DNA from: Mizuhopecten yessoensis
Taxonomy: Eukaryota
Assembly: GCF_002113885.1 (NCBI RefSeq)
Contig: NW_018480059.1
Span: forward strand, 674,295 to 738,294
DNA length: 64,000 nt
Direction: 5' to 3'
The stretch's first letter is position 1. Each line of letters opens with the position of its first letter. Both the position numbers and the translations under genes were made by a program. Below are positions 26,207-41,200 of the stretch, piece after piece. The notes under the pieces were generated by a model. It had not been told where the DNA came from. It saw only the letters and a list, made by a program, of their open reading frames with translations, and did no database searches.

Positions 26207-29200
26207 CTTCAAATCCGAAATACATAAAACATTATTTTCTTGTATAACGTCTAAACTATATTTTGTTGAAATGCTTCTGATTCACATTGATTTTAAAAAA
26301 ATGTGATATTTTAGAACAGTTCTACAAAAATGGCCATCTATAATGTTCACAGTAAGATCATTTGCTTTTCTATTGCCAATTAATTGGTCTAAGTACTCGG
26401 ATTATGTTTCTGGCTTCGTGAGGTTACTTACCATAAGAGCTTGATCGTACATCTGTAATGAAAGGTTTTCAATCAAAAGTTAAGCATATTCACTAGGGCA
26501 TTTAATTATTAACATAATTCTTATCAAAATATTTCACAGGAAAAAAAATAAAAGTTGAAACATGTTACAGACGGTTGTTTTGAAAACAATATTTCGTAGG
26601 AATTATAATAATAGATAAGTTCTTGATATTTTATTTTGATTGTTTCTTAACTTAAATAAACAACTTTCAGTTCACTTACCCAGTCACCTCCTTTAGATGA
26701 TGTTTGTGGGCTTGGCCTTGCCATGGCGTATCCCTATAAATCGTAAATCAACAGTAATTGCTTTAAGAAAACAAAATTGATTGATGTTAAGATGTTTTCC
26801 CATATTTTGTATTTATAACAATATCTATTCCAATATCTCATAGAATCATGTATTTTTTTCAACACGACAGAGAAACAATAATGAAACAGTTGTTTGAGTT
26901 AAAGTATTGTGCAAATATCATTAATAAACACGCAATACACAATCGACGGCTTTCGGATAAACCCTTTTTTTACCTCTTTAATTTATTTATTTTATTTTAG
27001 CACTTAAATTAATCGCGTTTACTTTTATCTTTTTGCATCTAGATTTCTAGTTTTGGTTTTGTTATTGTATGTTTATGATATGGCATGTTAGTTTTTATAA
27101 ACTCTCCGTACTTACTGGAGGTCCTGGTGCTCCACGGGGCCCTTGTGGTCCAGCTGGACCCTGCAATATTATAAATCGATGATGCAAAAAGGAAAAATAT
27201 ACTTATTTGTTTAATAAAACGTATACATGTACCAATTAATGAAAAAAATATTTTTTGGATGCATTGAAAAAACACTCATTATCTGGGAATAGTATTTGGA
27301 TATATACTCATATTGGACTAAAAACATAAGCATGTTACGTTACATTACTTCTATGTTAAGATTTTGGCAAAGTTCTTTTACATCAACTCTCAGTCAAACT
27401 CTCTTAAAATAGGGATTGAACCTTAGTTGGCAAACCAGTAGCGATTTCATTGTAGGGATTACAAATGAAGATGAACAAAACATGTGTTCAAACACACTTA
27501 TTTGAGTAACCTTTAAAGAAATGAAATTGTATAATTTGAGGTACAATGTATATTTGTAGACTGTTTTATTACTCACGGAATCACCATCATTTCCGGATGG
27601 TCCTCGAGGTCCCTTTAAAAAGAAAAAAGAAATTGATTAAGCTGACTTTAATGCATCTTACCAAGGCATGTTAAATAAAGATTAAATTCTTCTTCAGCAT
27701 ATAAGTTAATTATGAATATCTCTCATATTTTTCTTAGATCGATGTATCTGTTGTATCTTGTAAATTGTTCCTAAAAAATCCGGGACGCTTGTATTTTCGA
27801 AAATATACAATTATAGTGAGGCGAAAAGTTTAGCTTCTGAAAAGATTCTACGTTATTCTTAGCCTTCAAATAGTTTTTCTATATTGGGTTTAATATTTAC
27901 AACAGGAATACTTACCTGTGGTCCTGGTAATCCGACGGCACCTGGCTCTCCATCACGGCCACTAGATCCACGCTGTCCTGCGTTTCCCTAAAGATAAAAT
28001 CAGAGTTACGTAACAAAGGTAGAAAATAAATCAACATTGATTTGCATTAACTTTTGTTTCTTTTTTGTAAACACGTTTTTCTTTTCCAAAAATTATTGTA
28101 AATCCTTTAATTTTTACTCGAATCAACAACAGAAGGCAATACTGACTTTAGCACATAAAACATCTATAGAGTATCACTGTATTTACAACCCTTGCGTTAA
28201 TGTAGAACAGAATACACAATAGTGTTCGGTATATCATTAGCATCTAACATTTAGAACGAGCGGTTATTTGAATAATTCATTGTATAGCAAGCGTATATAA
28301 AGTCCAAACCTATCATAATTTGGTAATGCTATAATTAGAACAAGTTTTGCATTTAAAGATATCTTAAGTTCTGCTTAAAGAACCATACTGACATGATTGT
28401 ATTCATTGAGATAATAAGCAACTGTTTCAATAATTAGTTTATAAAATACGAATAAACCAACCACGACATCAGGTTATGTTTTATTTCATTTTTTTACTGT
28501 AATGTATTTTTGATAGTATATTATATAACAAATTTAATTTGAAAGGTGATGCCAATGTACAGGCCAACAGTTAGTTCCTTATCGCATAGAAATTATTTGT
28601 TTATTTGTATTTACGTTTTCAGCACCTATCGCATTCTTTAACGTGCTAAGTCATCAATTATAAAATTATACTTACTGGTTGTCCTGGGGGTCCTGGAGGT
28701 CCAGCATGTCCCATATCACCTGGATTTCCCTATCCGACAAAAATATAACTTCAGTAAAATATGTGTATCGAAAATATTTATCATTAATAGCCAGGGTAAC
28801 ATAATAGTTCATCGGTGAATGAACGGGTTTGAATACGTATAATCAATAGTAATTTAAAACAGTAGAAGCCGAATTCAACAGATGAATACACAGATGAATA
28901 AATATCAAGGCATATGTGTAGTTTTGAGTAATGTTAAACTTTGTAGCACTTTTTTTCGCGCTTGTAACAATTTTGGCTGGATTTTTAGTTTCACTTTTCC
29001 ATAGATAGCCAAATATTGCAACTCCAAAAAGGTAACAATCAAATAGCATATAAACATACCTGTGGTCCAGGAAGTCCCTGTCCACCTGGCAGACCTGGCC
29101 ATCCCTTATCTCCCTACACAGAAAACATCACTGGATTAAAGTACTATACTTGGATTGCATACATGTTAGTATTCGACCAATTTGATATTGACGGAATAAA

Positions 29201-32200
29201 TTTCGTGACATTTAGTATGCTAAAATATTACTGAAAATCATATTTCATTTATAAATTATATATTTGCGATTGCGCTTGCGTTGAAAAAATATTGCCAGGT
29301 AATGTTAGTGAGAACTTGTTCATCAGATTATAGTTGTTATTTAATAAGTTTTTACATTAAACTACACTACTATTTTAAATATGCAAATGATGCTATATCT
29401 CTATATATTGTCTACAAAAAAGTGTCCATACCCTTGCGCCTGGTGCGCCCGAGTCTCCCTTGTCTCCTTGAGCTCCTGCTGGTCCCTGTGAAGTGGAATA
29501 AGTAAAAACGTTACACAGTTCATAATACTTCAAACAAGCTTTTCAGAATTTTAATTTGAGTAATTTTGTAATTTTATGCATATTCCGAAAAAGTACAGAA
29601 ACGTAAGTTTATACATATTGCATATAATTTTGCACATACTTATTCATATATTTACATATTTAAAACCGTAAAACCTACAAAAACAAAGAGTTTCCTTCGT
29701 AACTAAAATATAAATAATGTCATTCAAATGAGGAGGTGGTACAATTCTTTGTTTTCGTATAAAATAAAATAATTTACGCCAGGTTTTGATATAGTACTAA
29801 GTGATCAAGGGCGTCAGCAAAGTGTACATAAAATACCATGGATTCAATTACAGGTATTATTGATATAGATAAATGTTCATATTTAAAAAATCTTATTTAT
29901 TACTGTTATATACTTCATAACATAGCCAATGGTAATGATTAAGAACATATATCGACTTGAATTTACTTATCTAAACTATATTGATAATTTAATCTAAACA
30001 CATTGTTCAGCCTAAATTCAATCACCGGTGAAGAATTGTGCTGTCAATTACACAGACCCCTAATAACTCACCGAATGTCCAATTTGTCCTGGTGCTCCGA
30101 CTGGGCCACTCTCTCCTGGCGCTCCCTAAAATATTGGTAATTATAATATCAATAGTGTTACTATTTGGTATTGTAAAAGAAATAACAAAATAACATTAAA
30201 TTCACGGCATAGACAGAGAGACATACGTATGAACTTACCCTTTCTCCTCTTTCCCCTTGTTCTCCTGTAGAACCGCTTGCTCCCATTGATCCCTGAAAAT
30301 CATTACACAAAATTATTTACAGGAAGATAATAGGATGATTTTTTTTTTATCTTTAATTTAAAAAAAACCTAGCAAAACACAAGATATTTTAAATTCAAAT
30401 TGCAGCATAAGTTCATTGTCAGTGTAAGAATTAAGGAAGGTAAAACGTGATTGACAAAATTCACCGATGGCAAATTGTTTATAGTTGATAGTATGTAGTA
30501 GAGTTGTTTGAACAATGTTATTACAGTAAATGTTACCTCCTTCAATATGAAAAAGAAATATTCAGACTGAAAAGTTTATAAAACATCTACACAACAAAAT
30601 TTGAAACTTGCCTTTTCTACATGAGATCAGCAGTTTTTATTTTAGAAAATAGTTGTCTCCTTAGTTTTAAATGATAGAAAGCTCGAAAAATAGGAGCTGT
30701 TATTGGGCAAAATTATTTTTGTTCAAATTACTGACAAACGATATATATCATCAATGCTATTTTCAGTTATCATTTAAGAAGAAGAATATACGACATCCAC
30801 CTGATAGGTAAGTAACAATATGTCCTCGTTATTTCGAAATGCTCCTGAGGAATTATCTTTCACAAAACGAAACAATCAGTGGAGGATTCGAAAGCAATTA
30901 TTAGCTCAGTGATATCAGTAGCCTGCAGCGTCATCCATTGGACTTACCTATTACAATACAGATAATTATGAAATGGTTTGATCTTTTTTAGCAGAGATTT
31001 TGAGTGTCTCATCAAACAAAGTGGATGACTTATGGTTCAGGGTCAGATTAAGAGTAATTGGGGAAACGTCTGTTTTATTTGTGTTACAAGCAGTGATTAA
31101 ATGTATGCATATCGCCTTAAATACGGTGGGTTCCATAATTACTTAGATTATGTCCTTTACTCAATAAACAGAATATGAAAGAATAGTGGAGGTGGAAAAG
31201 GAATACACCCGTAATGTGATATAACCTGTGGTCCAGGGGGGCCTTGAATTCCATTTGAGCCCAACGGTCCTCTATCTCCCTTTGCACCAGAGTAGCCTGG
31301 GGGTCCCATGTTGCCATCCATACCAGGAACTCCCTGAAATTAAAAATACCAACTTGGTAAGGACATCACTTCGCAATTCTGTATGTGTTTGTTTTCTTCA
31401 TCTGAAGAACCCTAAGTGATTCTTAAATGTCCTATTCGGGAACAGCATCAGTAATTCACAAAGTATCAAGCGGCTTGTTGCATACTACTCTTGTGTAGCC
31501 AGGTGTTCAAATACAACATTCAAATCATGGCACGTAATAGCAGTGTCAAGGAATGTATGTATGTGCACGTGCGGCACGGACCACCCGTCCAAATCCCAGT
31601 CACCGCCGTCTCCCTACATCACTCTGACTTTACCTCTCGATGGGAACACACGGAACCATCGAGAGCACAATCCAGTCACATTAACCTTGCTCTGAATGTT
31701 CCTGGTAAGTATTTGTGTGTAAGTATGAAAGAGAATAATTAAAACATAATAACCAAAAACGTAACAGCAGAAGGCAGAGTTAAATTATAAAGTAACAAGT
31801 AAAAGCATCTAGTGGTGCTAACATAACTGTATAATGATTTAGAAATTGCTTTATAGTTAAATGGAATTCTATAGTTCAAGCCAATAAAATTCACGACTAC
31901 ATATCAAACAAACTAAATTCAAACAGAGATCATTGTAAAGTAACGATTCTGATTGTAAAAGAAAGAAAAATGTTGAAAACGGATCTAATTGTAAAATAAA
32001 GATTCTGACTGTAAAGAAATTTTGATGTTGACAACGGCTCTAATAGTAAAAGATAAGTTGATGTTGACAACAAATCTGATTGAAGCATAATGGTCTGATC
32101 ACCATTCTATTGACAACACACACAAATATGTCTTACAACTATGCCAACAAATACAAAGTGACTGATATTTTATTTTAATAACACATTTTGGAATTCTACA

Positions 32201-35200
32201 AAATTGTTACATACTGTCTCTCCGGGCAGACCAGGGTATCCGGCGGTTCCCATTGGTCCTGGTGAGCCTGGTGGTCCTGGGATACCGTCTTGACCGTCTT
32301 TTCCTGAATTACCTGTCGGACCCTGGTAAATTAAGATACGATGATAATTTTATGATATGTGGAATCATCTGTACGAAAAGTTAATTTGGCAACTAAGAAA
32401 TTAACTTTGCTTAGGCTTACTGCTGATGACAATCATCAAAAAAAAAATCCGGCATATATGCTTATGAAATGCTATTGTTTAATGATGGTACGAACCTGTG
32501 GTCCAGCTTCTCCCTGGGGTCCAATCTCTCCTGGCATTCCGGGGAATCCTGGTCCACCTCTCTCTCCCTGGGGTCCAGTAGGCCCGGTACCTCCTTGCGC
32601 TCCCTGTGATGTTATGTTACAAAGACAATTCAATGATTTGTGTTGCGTAGACTTGTATTTCTCTCTGACTGTTATATTTATATTGATTCCTGATATGTGA
32701 TTTAAATATGTTATTTAGCTGGTCTATACTTAGTTAGCTCTCTTAATTGTGGAATTCACATTAGGAACACTTACAATTTGTCCGTCGCTTCCTCTGTCGC
32801 CAGGTGATCCATCTGCTCCTGGGAAGCCATTAGTGCCTGTGGGACCCGGAGGTCCTGGTGGTCCGATTTCTCCACGATCTCCCTTGAAGAAATTTTGTGG
32901 CATGAACTTATGTAGAAAATGATTTCATTTTCTTTCGTACTTACTGTATATATTGAAAGAAAAAATAGAGAAATTAAAATCTTTGTGTGATTCAACGAGA
33001 CGCAATTGAGACGCACATCAACATTTTCCCGAAACAACAATCTAAACGAGGATTTGTGCCTCGAGTCATTGAGCTGGGTTAAATCCGTAGAAAATAGATG
33101 TATATTTAAAGTTAAAGGGTGACTTGCTGTTTACCTGCTCTCCTGCCCTACCGCCTGGTCCAGCCATTCCGGTGTTACCCTTCTCTCCTGTTAAGCCGGT
33201 GGGTCCTGGCCTTCCAGGAGCCCCAGGGGATCCAGCCATTCCCATAGAGCCAGTCTCTCCGGTAGACCCCGGTGCACCGTTAAGTCCATCATTGCCCTAA
33301 AAGAATAGGCATAAATACGGAAATATATACAATCTCCCCGTAGGCTGAATGCTAAAAAACGTATTATTATGTTGAACTGATATCATCTACAGGCTATATT
33401 GCTATCAATAGCATTAACGAATTTCAGTAATTTGATGTTAATACAATATTGTTATGTTGCGTCTTACTAAAAGGACTTTTGTTTCAAGCAATGCATTTAT
33501 TACATCAAAAAACTTGATAAATAAATATTTAAAAGAAAGTAGATAGGTATATACTTACTGTTTCTCCGGTAGCTCCGGGCTCCCCTGGGTATCCTCTCGG
33601 GCCTGGGTCACCCTAAAACGCGAAATAACATATTATACGTATACTGATATAATTATTTCGTCTTAACTAATATCGAAAGACTATTTTACATTGTCATATC
33701 TGTCATTTTGCGAACCCCAGTTCCTACTAGGTAATCAATTATAGGTTTAATTCAGTTCATCTTTTCTCTTTCAGTTAATGATATTGAGAAATTGAGAAAA
33801 AAACTAAGGCAACACCCCATAAAAAACATAAAAACTTAATATATATTACTGATATTAAGAGAACACGAAAAATGACTTACACGTGGTCCACTTTTGCCTG
33901 AGTCTCCTTCAGGTCCGCTCTCGCCCGCCGGTCCCTAAAGAACAAAAGTCAGGACATGTGATCAACAACAGTATAGCAAAAACGAATGAAGCATACTGAG
34001 CTGACAGGTATTTGATATCATAACCAGAATACTTATATCAAAGATATTTGCATTCCTGAAAACAATTTGTACATGAACTGTAAACAGTGTAACCAATATT
34101 CAGAGATGCACCTTCAGGAAGTTCATAACAAAGTCTGTTTTTGCATTTCTCTTCTATTGAAAGTCATACACGCTTATGCTGCAATCACAGTCATTTCCTT
34201 GAGTACAGCACTACTGGAAATTCAATTATTATAAGATTTAGATGTTTTTCTAACGACTTGAGCATTTGTCTAGTTAGTCGTCTACTGCAAGCTATTCCGA
34301 AAGGCTGAGGTTGTAGAAGAACATATTGAGTTTTGATTCCGAATGTCGCTGGTTCTTTGATCAGACATATATAACACTAGTGTTTATACTATATAATTAT
34401 ATTTTAGGTATTAAATGTGAACTTAGCTTGCAATAGTTTCCAGTGTTCTGTATGTTTTCCTCTTGTATGACAACCTGTGACTTTTCGCCATCAAACTATG
34501 TTGCCTCTTGCTTAATACAGAATCAGCTATGTGTAATATGAAAATAACTGCGATTGGAAATTTTAACATTGGTCACTTAATACAGGTGGTCTCTTATTAT
34601 AATTGGTCTTTCGAGCAGGTTTGGCTGTACCTAAAACTACCCGCCATTACTTGGAAGGTTCGCACATATATGTATACTATTATGAACATACTGGTGGTCC
34701 AATTGGTCCCAATGCTCCTGGTGCTCCAGCGTATCCTCTTGATCCCCCCTCTCCGGGTTCTCCTGATGCTCCGGCCTCTCCAGGTGCTCCACGGTCTCCC
34801 TTCAATGGCATTGTGAGACTGGCAGGTCCGACAAGTCCGGGTGCGCCTGGTGCTCCCTGTTCTCCTGGTACACCTTGCAAACCTGGTGCTCCGACCCCTC
34901 CTGGTTCTCCCTGTCAAAATAATATTTGATTGTTGTCATTATATAGAGGGTCCCCAACGAGTGATGATCGGTTATCATGTTAATCTAACTCGGGTTAATT
35001 AGTTTTCAAATGATATAGAACACGAGGTTTATCGAGCGTCTTTTACAATTTGAAAAAATAGCCTGGTTTATATCTTATTCTGTCGTTTTCTTCACAATAG
35101 AGTTGTAATGTATTTTAGGATAACAGAATATCATTTAAAATAATGAATTTCCTGACATTTTTATGGGATTTGATGTTTCCTCAATACTAGGTTTGTAATT

Positions 35201-38200
35201 TTCGAATCAACTTTGATTTCTGATTTTGTCTTTTTGTATTGACTTTTAACGATGCTATAATTTTCCTGTTTTACGTTATACTGTCCGCACGCTGATTAGA
35301 ACTTTTAAGTGTATCTGCATTTGAATTTGCAAATATATCACTTACCACAAAACCTTGTTTTCCATTCAGACCTGGCGGCCCAGATTCTCCTGGAAGTCCC
35401 TAAGAAAATAATCAACTATTTAAGTATCACATTTATATTAATTATATATGATATCCTGAAGTTGAAAACAATGCAATGGAAATACCGTAAAATACCCTAA
35501 AATGTTTAAAAACAAATAAACAAACAAACTAACAGCATGCTACAATATAGAATCAGTAATAGTTATAGGTATGCAATTGAATTGCGTTTGGGAGTTATCT
35601 CAAAAGCAGCAAATATTTGGGAAGAACTTGTTCATTCCTACCATCTACTTCGCAGTTATATTTGAAAAGGTAGAAGCAAAAGGATTGTACATATCTCAAT
35701 TAAAACCTATGTTTGCACTGAACAGTAGATTTCACTCACTACAAGTCCCTGGGATCCGCTATCTCCGCGTTCTCCTGTTGCTCCCGGTGGTCCCTTTATA
35801 CATAAAACATACAGATATAAGTGATTTGCGGCTTGATATTCTATTATGGTTTAAAATAAATGATACTTAAACGGCAAACTGTAGAGCAAGTTTAAAACAT
35901 CCACGATGATATATATAACCGTAATAATTTAGTAGTCTGGCTGCACGTAATATGTCAAATGTTGCAAGGAATCGGCTTAATATCGGCTGATTAAGAAAAC
36001 TAATAAGGGTTGTACTTACGAATTGTCCGACTTCTCCTGGTGGTCCCTCGCCTCCCCTCTCTCCTGGTGCACCAGTCGGTCCAGAAGGTCCAGGCTCTCC
36101 GGTGAACCCTCGGTCGCCCTATCGACCGAATGATTTAATTCATCAAATTAATAAACAAGTGTTGCAGCACTTAACAGTTGACATCACTGTGTAACGTTTT
36201 CACTAAGTATTTTACCATATTTTTAATATCAATTTTGCTTACCTACTCAATTAGATTTCATTTATACATTCATACCAATAGATCTATATTGAATGTTACA
36301 TATCTCTCTTTGTACATGTACAAAGCGAACCGTATCTTATCCATACGAATGACACAGCTAAAACATTGTTATCTCTGAATTCACCAATATCAGTCAGTTT
36401 TCCACTTGCACAACTCAAAAAACTCCAATCAGTCCTCTTACTCTCAGCAAAATTAGTTAGAAGTGACAATTTACTTAGATAACCTGATATATCAAATTAT
36501 TTATTGATTTAGAGATATATGCACATAGAATTCGATGTAACGAGATTCAATATGTAGCATGTTCACTTTCCACTTCGCTCAGATAACTTACTCTGCCTCC
36601 AGCCTCTCCAGGCACTCCGGGCTCTCCCATGATTCCTGGTTCTCCAGTCCTTCCAGACTCTCCTGGAGATCCTGCCTGCCCTGTTATTCCCTGGTAGTAT
36701 TTAAAAAACATAGTCAATGTATGAGTTAGGACACATTTTCAAAACAATTGACATTTTCAGAAAACATTTTTGTAAAATGACAATCCTTTAGTAAATTGTG
36801 TAACCGTCGATAGAAATAGGAATACAAAATCGTCAGCTCGCAATAAATTCAAAAACCAATTGTTTAGCCTGAATTTGATTTGCTGAGTAGAAGCTCACAG
36901 GTAACAAGATTGATATCATTACGTATTTCGATGAAATTTTAGGTTTTGTAAAAAAACCCATATCTACCTGCTATCACACCATATGAGAGAATAAAACAGT
37001 CTTAACAATCGTGTAACAAGTTACTATAGATATACGACGTTGAAGTCTGACTACGTAAATATTTATATGTTCTTTTAAGCACGCAGTGTTTAAGGTTAAT
37101 TTGACTATACCTGGAATCCTGGTTCTCCAATGGGTCCAGACTCGCCACGCTCACCTTGTGGGCCCTTTAAACAATTCAAATTAAATCAAATTGTATGTGG
37201 TTGTTAAAAAAAATTGTCACAATAAAGGAAAATAAAAAAAACGATGTTTAGGGAACCAACAAGTAAAAAAATGAATAAAAACAAATGAATATTTCAGTAA
37301 AAAACAAAATCCCTCACAATTTGTAAGGAATATCTGAAAGAGCTGTGTTTTCAATAGCAGAAAAATGTTGATTAAAAATATGAAGGCATAATTAATTATA
37401 CGTTGACCTGCAAACTTTCTGAAGGCACGTTTATGCATGGTAGTTAACTTACTGAGGCCCCTGGTCCTCCAGCAGGTCCTGATTCCCCTGCAGGTCCCTT
37501 CGTACCACGTGGTCCACTTCTTCCAGGCGGTCCCGTTTCTCCATCTCTTCCAGGGCTACCCTAAATTACAAAATGGAAACAGGTATGTACGCGTTATAAT
37601 CACACTTTAAATGTATACCTTTGTTTTCTTATTTTTGAATTAATGGTTCATTGAATCATCAAGCCCAAATAGTACAGTGACTTATATCACTTTAAAAGAA
37701 ATCATCTGTCTATATGCTAAAATATTGGCAAAATGATTATGATTATTATTAAACTCTATAAGTATGATGATATTTAATCTGATCCATTTAACATTAAGGA
37801 TTGATAGATTTACCTCGTCTCCTTTAGATCCAGATGCTCCTGGCAGTCCTGGTACACCTGCTGGTCCCGTTGGTCCTTGCTCACCACCCTTTCCCGATTC
37901 CCCTGGTACACCCTAGACAACAGAAGAAAACATAGATAATTAACATATTCAAAATCGTACGATATGCTTTATTTGAAAAAACGAATTGAATTCTGGAAGA
38001 TATTGTCAGTATTATTAAGTTCTTTTATCTGATATGTTTGCGATTACAGAATAGAAATAATATAGCAAAATAATGAAAAGTTAAAACAGAAAACAAAGTT
38101 GAATAGAAACTGAACGTATTCACTTACACCTGGTCCCGGCGGTCCCTGGCGTCCATTGTTTCCACCAATTCCTGGTTGTCCCTGGCAACATATCACGATG

Positions 38201-41200
38201 TAATGCAATAAATATATTGTATTTCGTCCATAAGATGAAAATGAATGTTCTAGTTACACTAGATGTAGTTTTAATTTTAAATTTTATTTACACGAATGCT
38301 CAATGAACGTAAAGACGTCACTGTTATATCTACAACAAATGAAAATGGCACTTTCTACATAAACACTAATCAATTCAATTTAGTAGATGTTTAAATTTGA
38401 AGGGATATAATACAGTAACTTACTCTTGGTCCTGGTGATCCTGGCAAACCAGCTGATCCTTGTTGTCCCTAAAACCAAAGTTAATAAGCTGCTCATATGT
38501 AAGATAAATCTTGATGTTAACGTCAATATATATCGTCTTTTTATACGCTACTCCTCTCCACGTTTTCATTTCATTGATGACATACGGATTTGTAAATGAT
38601 TTATATTTGATTAGACTCATTGAATAGCTATTTACACATTTAGTTCTTACTCAGTGATAATTGTTTCCTTATTTACGTACATTCTCTCCTGGCTCGCCGG
38701 GTTCTCCTGACTGTCCTCGCTCTCCGTCATTTCCTTGTTGACCTGGTGGTCCCATGGCTCCTGGCATTCCCTGAACTCCTTGTGCTCCCTGATATCAAGA
38801 CAATGTTAATTTGATATTAATTTACTTCATGAATAAATTTGAATACATATTTAATTTCATGAAGTTCGAGTTAGATTGACCCCTTGTTACGTTTTGTAAG
38901 TGGATATAAAATATATCTGGACACATGTATAATAAAAACTATAAATAAGGAAAAAATCACCATTCTATGCAATATACTTTGATGAGTTTCTGAATTCCAT
39001 TAGTATTTGTTTTAGCAAGTAAAAGCTATTAATAATGTCACAAGGCATTTTTTTCAGAAGAATATAAATAAAATAAAGGAAAGCATATGTGATATAATGA
39101 TAAGTAAGTATGAATGAAGTTAAAAAGGCATATAAAGTAGCATTGATATACTTTCACAAGGTTGCAAATAAAACGAAAAGATATATATTTTGATCATTAT
39201 TCTAATTTACTGTTTCGTATTATAATATATGCATGGAGTAACTCACTGATTGCTAAAGAAATATTACAAAAACTATCGCAATTACAAAAAAACTCATCTT
39301 AGAACATGAACTAATAAACAGAAACCAGAGCATAATTTCTGAACTTATTTCTTCACAGAGACCTAATGACATTACGTACCCTGTCTCCAGATATTCCTGG
39401 CGGTCCCATTGTTCCAGGTAATCCTTGTGCTCCCTAAACACATACGACAAATATCCTCATTTAGTTTTCTGCTCTATGTTCTTTCTTACAAAATTAACTA
39501 AACGTTTAACATAAAAAAACGTTACAATAGACTTTTATTACATAACACTTTTGAAAATTGCGTATGTTTTAGATTAGGCATAAGATATGTAAATATATAT
39601 ATTATAACTTACGCGTGTTCCTGGATTTCCAGCCAATCCCGGAAGTCCGCGTTCACCCTGGGCTCCACTTAGACCTTGTGGTCCTGGACTTCCCTCACGA
39701 CCGTTCGCACCATTCATTCCCTATGTGATTTGTAAGAGTAATATTACCAAATTATTAAAACATTATTCTTCGCTATCACCCGTTACGATTCTTTTATAAG
39801 CAGTCATCTAAAAGTTTTTTTTCAGTACCATTCATTATATAAAAAACATTTTTAATGGGCAATATTGTTTGGCTTGTGCTACCTCAGTGGAATGTCTAAC
39901 TGGTTTCAATACATTGTCTGGGGTGGCCTTAATTAAACCGATATCAATCCTTCTTTTTTGTAAACAGTAAAAAGACATATCTTTATTTGATATACTTTAA
40001 AATATTTCAGTTATAAGGTTCATGTCACACTTACAGGATCTCCCTTCATGCCCATTTGGCCCGACTCTCCAGACTCGCCAGGGCCACCCTGGGGTCCTGG
40101 GAATCCTGGGGAACCTGGAGCACCTTGCAGACCCTATAAAGAGAAAGATATTTGTGTCAATATAACCGAACTACTCGGTAGTGAAGCGGACGTAAAACCT
40201 ATCAGTCAATCAATCAATCAATGTTCAATTCTATACCCATCAATATCTTCTATGTATTTAGTAATCATACCATATCTTTCAATCTTACCCGTAAAATGTC
40301 ATGTTTTTTAATATTTAGAGATGCTTGTCTTCGCATCCCTTTCACCAATGAGGTGTCAGCCATTCAGAGGCCGCAGCTACTATGCTTGCCGACCATTACT
40401 CATCGGAATCCAACCAATTGTTTTTGAGAAAAATGTCTTGGAGACATAATAAAACGTCGTCTTGGGGACTTTATAACAATAAGAAACAAATCAAAACCAA
40501 TAAGTCTCTTCACATTGTTGGAGGAATAATCCAATTGCCAGGAAAATATCATTTCTGGGGTTTCTTAATATTAGGAAAATCGAATTACCATGTTTTTTTA
40601 CATTCTCCTAAGTTTATATGTACATTTATAATATCGGCTTATCAATCACTAAAAATAATTGGATCCCTTAAGCAAGGTGCATTGAACAGCTTTTAAAAAT
40701 GTCTTAGTATTTAAGATATACTACAGACAGCATTACCGTTTCTCCCTTTGGGCCACCTGCACCGTCACTCCCAGGTCGTCCGGCTTGTCCGGGGGTGCCG
40801 GGTGGTCCAGAGATTCCGTTCTCGCCCGGTGGTCCTGTAAGACCCATTGGACCACGCTGACCAGATTGCCCGCCATCTCCCTATTCACCGAAAAAAGAAT
40901 TAGAACTAACATTGAAATAAGGGACTTTCCAATCACATAATAAATACATATATTAACCTCCTTCTAAATCAAAGTGCGAGCTTAGATTTTCTTTCCAACT
41001 ATGATATGTGTTCTTACCTTTTGTCCTACACTGCCAGAGAAACCTGGAGGTCCTGGATTACCTGTTGGTCCCTGAGATCCACTCTCCCCTGCAGTTCCGT
41101 CCATACCACGAAGACCCTGCAATGAACAGATAGATACAGTTGCGCGTTCGATGCTCAGACGACATTCTATTGCATCGCATATGATAAATAAGGACTACAC

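Noticed and set aside
32359-34929. Plus-strand Gly/Pro-rich ORFs (32359-32700, 34603-34929)
   Set aside because: Antisense shadows of the minus-strand collagen exons.
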